Under the pieces are notes generated by a model. It made no database searches and was not told where the DNA came from. It saw nothing but the letters and a program-made list of their open reading frames with translations. Below, one piece after another: positions 30,923 to 36,228 of a stretch of 36,228 nt of DNA. Both the position numbers and the translations under genes were made by a program. Numbering within the stretch: position 1 is the first letter of the stretch; every line of letters starts with the position of its first letter. The DNA is from Candidatus Woesearchaeota archaeon (GTDB lineage Archaea > Nanobdellota > Nanobdellia > Woesearchaeales > JAGWAF01). The DNA is taken from NCBI GenBank assembly GCA_016211165.1, contig JACQSU010000003.1:1-36228 (forward strand). Reading direction: 5' to 3'.

Positions 30923-31513
30923 CTAGTGCCAGGCTCTTCGTTTCTGCCACTGCCATCCGGCAATGGTGATGATGCCTCCAAGGGTCACGGCGATGATGTC
31001 GTGCATTGAGTCTGTGTATCCGGTGGATCTCATAAAAAGTGGCGGGGGCAGTATGCTTATCAGCCATTCAAAGACTTCCCACCATCCTGCCATTGCGCCG
31101 ACGCTAAGAAGCGTGCAGGCGGCGAGTGTGTAGGGGTTTTTGACAAAGCGTGAGAGTGCGATGATGGCGAGCGCTGCCACCCAGGCTCCTGCGAGCAAGT
31201 GTAGGATTTTGTCAAAGCCAAATGGGCTGTCCTGTCTGTTCCAAAAGTCGATGAGAAAGAGGCTTGCATTGACAAAGAAGAGTGAGATGATGCTAATATC
31301 GAGATGGTAGTAGCGTGAGTCTTTGCGTGCTGCCCACAGGAGTGGCAGTGTGATAAGGAACGCGGGCAAGTTGGCGGCAACGACATGAAGCCGCCCACTC
31401 GCAAGAAAATAGGTGAGTAAGGCGACAAACGCCGCGCGTACACTGTATGCAAGGGTACTGGTTTGCATGGAAGGTCGTTCCAGAGTCCCTTGCTTTCTTG
31501 CTGGTCTCGCCAT
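30923..31513 (-). CDS. polytopic membrane protein, unknown family
   Basis: 196 aa with 5-6 hydrophobic segments. The start may be the internal MQTSTL. Confidence 0.55.
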   Translation of the reverse strand: MARPARKQGTLERPSMQTSTLAYSVRAAFVALLTYFLASGRLHVVAANLPAFLITLPLLWAARKDSRYYHLDISIISLFFVNASLFLIDFWNRQDSPFGFDKILHLLAGAWVAALAIIALSRFVKNPYTLAACTLLSVGAMAGWWEVFEWLISILPPPLFMRSTGYTDSMHDIIAVTLGGIITIAGWQWQKRRAWH

Positions 31514-31584
31514 CCCTGCGAATCATTCCTCATCTTTTTAAATGTCTCGTCTCAAGGCGCGTCGGGTGATAGTGGAGTTTGCCT

Positions 31585-32055
31585 ATGCGTGTCTGGGTTG
31601 GAGTCTTCCTTATCATCCTCTCCGCTGTGGCCTTTGTTGCTGCGGCCAAGCAAATCGAGATGCCTGCGTTTATCAATGGTTCTGCGCAGGATCGTCCGTC
31701 CCCATATCCGCGTATTGGGCGTGACCGCATCCACTTGTTTCCTGATCGCATCGTGATCGACTTGGTGGACGCGCACTGGGCAACGTTTACGGATTCAAAT
31801 TCGATGGATCCGCTCTTTGATGAGGGGCATTTCGCCATCCAAGTAACACCCAAGACCGAACAAGACATTCATGTGGGCGACATCATCTCATACAGCGTCG
31901 CGGGAACAGATGGCATTATTGTTCATCGTGTGGTCGCGATTGGCGATGATGGTGAGTGGTATGCGATTGTGCGCGGTGATAACAATTCCTTGCCCGATCC
32001 TGGTAAGGTGCGTTTTGGACAGATCAAGCGTGTGATGGCTGCGATTATCTATTGA
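31585..32055 (+). CDS. signal peptidase I, archaeal/ER (Sec11) type
   Basis: N-terminal TM. SNSMDPLF holds the catalytic Ser, IIVHRVV holds His in place of the bacterial Lys, and GDNN is present. Confidence 0.85.
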   Translation: MRVWVGVFLIILSAVAFVAAAKQIEMPAFINGSAQDRPSPYPRIGRDRIHLFPDRIVIDLVDAHWATFTDSNSMDPLFDEGHFAIQVTPKTEQDIHVGDIISYSVAGTDGIIVHRVVAIGDDGEWYAIVRGDNNSLPDPGKVRFGQIKRVMAAIIY

Positions 32056-32059
32056 ATTC

Positions 32060-32215
32060 TTAGTATTTCAATAGTTTGAGCCCATCAACATTGGCAAATC
32101 CTGCCTTGCGTGTCCATGCTCGTCGCTCCATGATTGCCTTTTCCATAGCTTCACCACCTTCTTTGCTAAGTGCTCCAAAGAAATCTCGCAGACGTTTTCG
32201 TTTGGATAGAGCCAA
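32060..32215 (-). pseudogene. possible C-terminal fragment of a VapB (PF02697-like) antitoxin (not in the ORF track)
   Basis: My manual translation: (TTG)ALSKRKRLRDFFGALSKEGGEAMEKAIMERRAWTRKAGFANVDGLKLLKY-stop. The L-x-D-x-x-G-x-L...E-x-M-x-x-A-I pattern parallels the C-terminal half of the 8997-9251 protein. The N-terminal half is absent. Confidence 0.25.
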
Positions 32216-32224
32216 ACCTTTTTA

Positions 32225-33157
32225 ATGCCACATCTGCGACGCCTCGTTATGTTCACGAAGTATTCTGATGAGGAGTATGCTAATTGGCGCAAGGCTTCGA
32301 TTATCGCGGCAAAGGCGCGGGAGTACGGCAGATTGCTTATCAAGCCAGGAGCTAAGCTTCTTGATGTGAGCGAAGCAGTAGAAGATAAGATCCGGAAGCT
32401 TGGCGCGTTGCCTGCGTTTCCTGCGCAGATCTCGCTTAATAACACTGCTGCGCACAATTGCGCTGATCCTAATGATACAACGATTCTCGAAGATCAAGTG
32501 ATCAAACTTGATTGCGGCGCTCACATCGGCGGCGCTGTTGCAGATAATGCGGTTTGTGTTGATCTGTCAGGCAAATGGTCAGACCTCATAAAAGCAAGTA
32601 GGGAGGCGTGTCTTACAGCGTCCAAAGTCGCTGGTCCCGGTGTCTGCGTCACTGATGTAGGGCGGGAGATTGATCGTGTGATCGCAAGTTATGGCTTTCG
32701 CGCAGTGCGAAATCTCTGTGGACACGGCCTCGCCCCATTTACAGTGCATACCTATCCGACGATTCCCAATTTTGATTCTGGTGATGATGAGATTCTTGAG
32801 GAAGGTATGGTGATTGCAATCGAGCCATTTGCAACTCCAGGCACTGGTCTCGTGCAGGAGATCGATAAAGCAAATATCTTCATGTTTCAAAAAAAGAAGC
32901 CCGTGCGTAGTCCGTATGCCAGGGAAGTTTTAGGTGAAATCGAGTTGTTTCAAGGTCTTCCATTTACAACGCGATGGCTTTCGTCGAAGTTTTCAGCAGC
33001 CAAGCTAACCCTGGGTCTGCGCGAGCTCCTTGCCGCAGGTGTTATCCGTCAGTATCCTCCACTCACTGAAGTTTCAAAGAATGTTGTGTCCCAGTATGAG
33101 AATTCGTGGCTGATCACGGCGAATGGGTGTGAGCTGTTGACGAAAGGGGACGAATGA
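32225..33157 (+). CDS. map: methionine aminopeptidase, type 2 (archaeal)
   Basis: AFPAQISLNNTAAHNCA, KLDCGAHIGG, NLCGHGL, IAIEPF and YENSWL metal-ligand blocks. The start may be the Met at 32249. Confidence 0.9.
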   Translation: MPHLRRLVMFTKYSDEEYANWRKASIIAAKAREYGRLLIKPGAKLLDVSEAVEDKIRKLGALPAFPAQISLNNTAAHNCADPNDTTILEDQVIKLDCGAHIGGAVADNAVCVDLSGKWSDLIKASREACLTASKVAGPGVCVTDVGREIDRVIASYGFRAVRNLCGHGLAPFTVHTYPTIPNFDSGDDEILEEGMVIAIEPFATPGTGLVQEIDKANIFMFQKKKPVRSPYAREVLGEIELFQGLPFTTRWLSSKFSAAKLTLGLRELLAAGVIRQYPPLTEVSKNVVSQYENSWLITANGCELLTKGDE

Positions 33158-33366
33158 TCTGTGACTGCAGCGCTAAGCACGTCGGTGTCGTGTTGTACAT
33201 GGTACAGAATGCGTGGAATAACATTGCTTGGTGCTTGATCTGGTAGTCTCTGATGTCGATGAGTTCAAAGTTCAAATAATCGTTAAGTGAAGGTTGCTTG
33301 CAGGTCAGGTAGAAGTTGGTCAGAAGTTCTCGGGCAGTGAGGGAGCGTTCTGCGCCAGGTCCATTA

Positions 33367-33945
33367 TCAAAACGTCCTCTTCTTCTTGAGGTGCTGGACT
33401 AATCCCTTGGCAAACACAGGCTCACCGTCGCTTCCGCGCACATACCGATACGGCAGACCCACGCATTCATATTCGCCAAGTTCGATACTGATATTGTCAA
33501 CAAATGGAATCTCGGAGAGCTTCTTGCCATCGCAAATCATCTTGGCAACACGAACAGCAGTGTCTGTTGACATTTGTAGAGGTCCAAGGTGGCGGGTGAC
33601 AACGTCCGCTGGCAGTTTAGACGTCAGTTCTTCTCTTGTGCGCGCTCGTGGTGGGTAGTCGCCAAGGATGCCGCCAAAGACAAGGTAGTCATAGTGTGTG
33701 CAGTCTGCAGGGGTTAGTTCTTGCTTCGCTGCAGGGTCGAGCACAATCATCTTGGGAAACTGCAATGATGTTATGCTCTCCTTTCGTACTGCTCCAAGGC
33801 CTTCCAAAAACAGGTTCTTGGTTTTGACATTGGTAAAGATAAGATTAGACTTGCCCACGATTCGAGAGATTTCCGAATACTCCAGTTTCACCCAGGCTGA
33901 GACTTTTAGTTCGAGGTGCTCAATGACGAATTTCATAAGGCGCAT
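33367..33945 (-). CDS. predicted SAM-dependent RNA methyltransferase (DUF431 / Bmt5-like)
   Basis: FVIEHLE...W...LEYSEI..., VLDPAA...LTPADCTHYDYLVFGGILGDYPPRARTREL and LGPLQMSTDTAVRV match my recollection of PF04252. Confidence 0.55.
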   Translation of the reverse strand: MRLMKFVIEHLELKVSAWVKLEYSEISRIVGKSNLIFTNVKTKNLFLEGLGAVRKESITSLQFPKMIVLDPAAKQELTPADCTHYDYLVFGGILGDYPPRARTREELTSKLPADVVTRHLGPLQMSTDTAVRVAKMICDGKKLSEIPFVDNISIELGEYECVGLPYRYVRGSDGEPVFAKGLVQHLKKKRTF

Positions 33946-33987
33946 GACGAGGCGAGGTTTAAAAACTCTGCCGGGTGAAGTTCTAGA

Positions 33988-35118
33988 ATGTTGCTTAATG
34001 ATCTTACCAGGCAGGATATTGAACTCCAGATAGGAAAGATTATCGATCTGATGCGTGCAGGCAAGTCCTCTGATCAGATCAAGATTACTCTAGATCTCCC
34101 GCATGCAAAAGAGTTGGTTAGTATTGCCAAGGCAAGAATCACTAATGTCAAGGACAAGAAGATCGGTAAGCCGTATCTGATGAATGAAGAGGACCTGCGT
34201 TTCGCGACCAATATGCACGTTGCGAAGTGGCGGGCAAAGCGCCTTGCCTCTGACACGATCATCGAGATCGGCTGCGGCATTGGTGTGCAGTCGATCGAGT
34301 TTGCAAGGACATGCAAGAATGTCATTGCTATCGACATCGATGCAAGAAAGGTCGCATACGCCTGGGAGAATGCCAAGGCAGAGGGTGTCTCTAATATCAC
34401 ATTTGTGGACGTTGATGGCATTGAGTATCTCAAGAAGGTCAAGCAAGCAGATGTCATTTTTGTTGATCCAGATCGTCTGGCCACAGAGGCCCATCGTACC
34501 TTGGAGACGATTAAGCCATCGATCCCAGATCTTCTCAAGATCGCAAAGCGTCTCACAGTAAAGGTCGCAATAGAGCTTCCGCCGCAGATACAAGATCTTA
34601 CAATGGGTGGTGAATATGAGTACGCTTCGGTTGATGGCAGGCTCAATCGTCTCACAGTCTACCTTGGCGATCTGATGCAGAATCCCCGATCCGCGGTGCT
34701 TCTTCCTAAAGGCGTTTCGATTGGAGGAGCGCCGCAGGGGACTTTGTCAAAGGTCGGGGCAGCTGCGTATCTGTATGATCTGGATCCTGCAGTGGAGAAA
34801 GCTGGGTTTTTGGGTAGGATTGCTGGTGTGGCGCTCTATGATTTCCCTGATGGGCATCTTGTGGCGTCTTCCCGTCGTCTCAAGAGCCTGTTTTTTAAGC
34901 GGACCTTCCGGTTATTGTATGATGGTGCGGCAGGTGATGCTATTGTCCGTAAGGTTTTGCTCCATCACAGTATTGGCAAAGTGGTGTTGCGTGGATCGAT
35001 TGATCCGCGTGAGTATTGGGATATCAGGAAGAAGTATGAGTCAGGTCTTAAGGGGTCCATCATTGCCCATGTTTTCTTGTCTCGTGGTAGGGTCCTGATC
35101 TGTGAGCAGGTCGACTAG
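33988..35118 (+). CDS. class I SAM-dependent methyltransferase with an extra C-terminal domain
   Basis: Motif I IIEIGCGIGVQS, motif II AIDIDARKV, and post-III IFVDPDR. The overall architecture resembles the roughly 390-aa methyltransferases that carry a THUMP-like C-terminal domain; that domain assignment is uncertain. Confidence 0.7.
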   Translation: MLLNDLTRQDIELQIGKIIDLMRAGKSSDQIKITLDLPHAKELVSIAKARITNVKDKKIGKPYLMNEEDLRFATNMHVAKWRAKRLASDTIIEIGCGIGVQSIEFARTCKNVIAIDIDARKVAYAWENAKAEGVSNITFVDVDGIEYLKKVKQADVIFVDPDRLATEAHRTLETIKPSIPDLLKIAKRLTVKVAIELPPQIQDLTMGGEYEYASVDGRLNRLTVYLGDLMQNPRSAVLLPKGVSIGGAPQGTLSKVGAAAYLYDLDPAVEKAGFLGRIAGVALYDFPDGHLVASSRRLKSLFFKRTFRLLYDGAAGDAIVRKVLLHHSIGKVVLRGSIDPREYWDIRKKYESGLKGSIIAHVFLSRGRVLICEQVD

Positions 35119-35278
35119 GTCGTGGCGTTGATGGGGGTGCGGATGCCGTGTGAGGAGAAGAGGTCCCAGACGATTCGTGAGAAGAGGTAGCGTCCAAAGG
35201 CATTTGTGAACAACTCTTTTTTTGCGAGTGCGTGATCTATTGAGTGGAGGTATGCCATGATAAGAAAATCATTGCGTT

Positions 35279-35343
35279 GGCGACTCAACTTGCTTATTAG
35301 CCAGTTGATTCTATTGTTTATATATTTAATCAACTGGCTATAA
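35279..35343. repeat. 65-bp dispersed repeat, copy 2
   Basis: GGCGACTCAACTTGCTTATTAGCCAGTTGATTCTATTGTTTATATATTTAATCAACTGGCTATAA. Perfect 10-bp inverted repeat at 35301-35310 and 35328-35337. Confidence 0.9.
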
Positions 35344-35354
35344 GTTTGACGGGC

Positions 35355-35975
35355 CTAAAGCGGGCGGTCGATCATCGTCGGTATAATGTGCGTGATGAGG
35401 TTGTCCACCGCGATCTTTGCCTCTTCTGCCTCGACGAATGCAAGCCTTGATGTCGTCGCCGGATGCTTGGGTCCAAGCAAATTGCAGATCTCTGGTCCTT
35501 TGCTTGTGTTATAGGTGTCAAGTTCTCGTGCTCGTGCAATGATCTCTTGTTTATTGAGGCATAGGAGTGGTCGCAGGATAGGTAACGTCGTTGCCGTGCT
35601 GATCGTTGCTAAATTTGATAGAGTCTGTGATCCGACTTGTCCAAGGGATTCGCCAGTGATGATAGCTGATGCCCCCTCATCGCGTGCGATCCGCTCTGCG
35701 AGTCTGAGCATTAATCGCTTTTGGAGGATAAAGAAGAGTCTGTGGTTGCAGTTTTTGCTAATCTCTGCGAGTTGGTGACCATACTTCAATGTGATGAACT
35801 TCACGCATCCAATCTTTTTGGCAAGTTCAATGCTCTTGCGTTCAGCAGCGTCATCAGTAAGAGGTTCTTGTGAGAGGTGCAGTGCGATAAGTTCGTACTC
35901 AAGGCGTTTCATCATTGCGCCTGCTACTGGTGAATCAATACCGCCGGAGATGAGTAATACGGATCGTTTGGCCAT
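35355..35975 (-). CDS. thiI: ThiI-like PP-loop ATPase (tRNA 4-thiouridine synthase catalytic domain only)
   Basis: SVLLISGGIDSPVA (PP-loop), ITGESLGQVGSQTL and LRPLLCLNKQEI. Only about 206 aa, with no N-terminal ferredoxin-like or THUMP domains. Confidence 0.8.
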   Translation of the reverse strand: MAKRSVLLISGGIDSPVAGAMMKRLEYELIALHLSQEPLTDDAAERKSIELAKKIGCVKFITLKYGHQLAEISKNCNHRLFFILQKRLMLRLAERIARDEGASAIITGESLGQVGSQTLSNLATISTATTLPILRPLLCLNKQEIIARARELDTYNTSKGPEICNLLGPKHPATTSRLAFVEAEEAKIAVDNLITHIIPTMIDRPL

Positions 35976-36001
35976 GTGGTTCGTTCCCATACCCGCCGCT
36001 G

Positions 36002-36018
36002 CCGCCAGCTGCGGCGGG
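36002..36018. promoter_or_regulatory. 17-nt motif CCGCCAGCTGCGGCGGG, copy 2, in the thiI-like upstream region
   Basis: Exact match to 5929-5945. Here it is embedded in a longer 8-bp-stem hairpin, CCCGCCGC...GCGGCGGG. Confidence 0.4.
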
Positions 36019-36026
36019 TGTGAGAA

Positions 36027-36079
36027 TTATAGCAAATTGAGTTAATATTAGAACTTTGGTGTCTGGCTGTCGCGAAGCG
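36027..36079. repeat. 53-bp repeat, copy 2
   Basis: See 14210-14262. It is followed by a long hairpin, CGGATTCGCC...GGCGAATCCG (36081-36130). Confidence 0.75.
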
Positions 36080-36228
36080 ACGGATTCGCCACATACCCTG
36101 GAGCTTGCTTCGGTTGGGTAGGCGAATCCGAGGCATTTCTGTTGATTTTCGTTGGTTTTTCTGCCGCCTATATCAGGAGGAGATTGACAATTTTTGTCCG
36201 AATATTAATCTCCTCCGCTATAATGAGA

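Noticed and set aside
33158-33366. The 210-bp spacer after map has an open minus-strand frame containing R-x5-H (IRDYQIKH), which hints at a HEPN-type toxin remnant.
   Set aside because: There is no start codon, no other HEPN or DUF86 features (such as H-x-Y), and the similarity is too weak to support a call.
2072-35343. The 65-bp direct repeats might be att sites bounding a 33-kb integrated element.
   Set aside because: The interval contains core housekeeping genes (thermosome, gltX, prs, map, signal peptidase). It has no integrase. Related repeat units also occur internally at 14.2 kb and beyond at 36.0 kb. A dispersed repeat family is the simpler reading.

Overview
This 36.2-kb window reads as a gene-dense archaeal chromosome segment. 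The markers are a thermosome, an archaeal-type GluRS, a Sec11-type signal peptidase, a type-2 MetAP, DUF371 and DUF1931 proteins, and PUA/NIP7-like proteins. Many small anchored or secreted Cys-rich proteins and a Cys-rich stalk module suggest an uncultivated, possibly DPANN-like lineage, but that is inference only. I support about 48 protein genes, many with 1-4 nt start/stop overlaps. I found no rRNA, tRNA or CRISPR array.

The most interesting part is 16.2-26.3 kb.
- A BlaI/BlaR1-type repressor and membrane-protease pair (16205-17313) lies next to a ccdA gene.
- An apparently single operon (19373-26317) follows. It encodes two membrane-anchored proteins that both end in LPxMVGGC-stop, a triple thioredoxin-fold CxxC protein, a single Trx-like protein, a DsbA-like protein with CxxT, two uncharacterised polytopic membrane proteins, and a CopA Cu(I) P-type ATPase.
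- Three TTAC-N7-GTAA dyads, the half-site type used by BlaI/MecI/CopY repressors, sit at the blaI-like, ccdA and operon promoters. This suggests one regulon, which I interpret as an uncharacterised extracytoplasmic thiol/copper defence system.

Other notable content:
- A divergent HIT / Nudix / IMPase-like trio.
- A heavily sequon-rich surface protein.
- A prs gene with an apparent 1-nt frameshift.
- A degraded IS3 element.
- Several toxin-antitoxin modules and relics.
- At least four families of short structured intergenic repeats, some placed at promoters rather than at gene ends.
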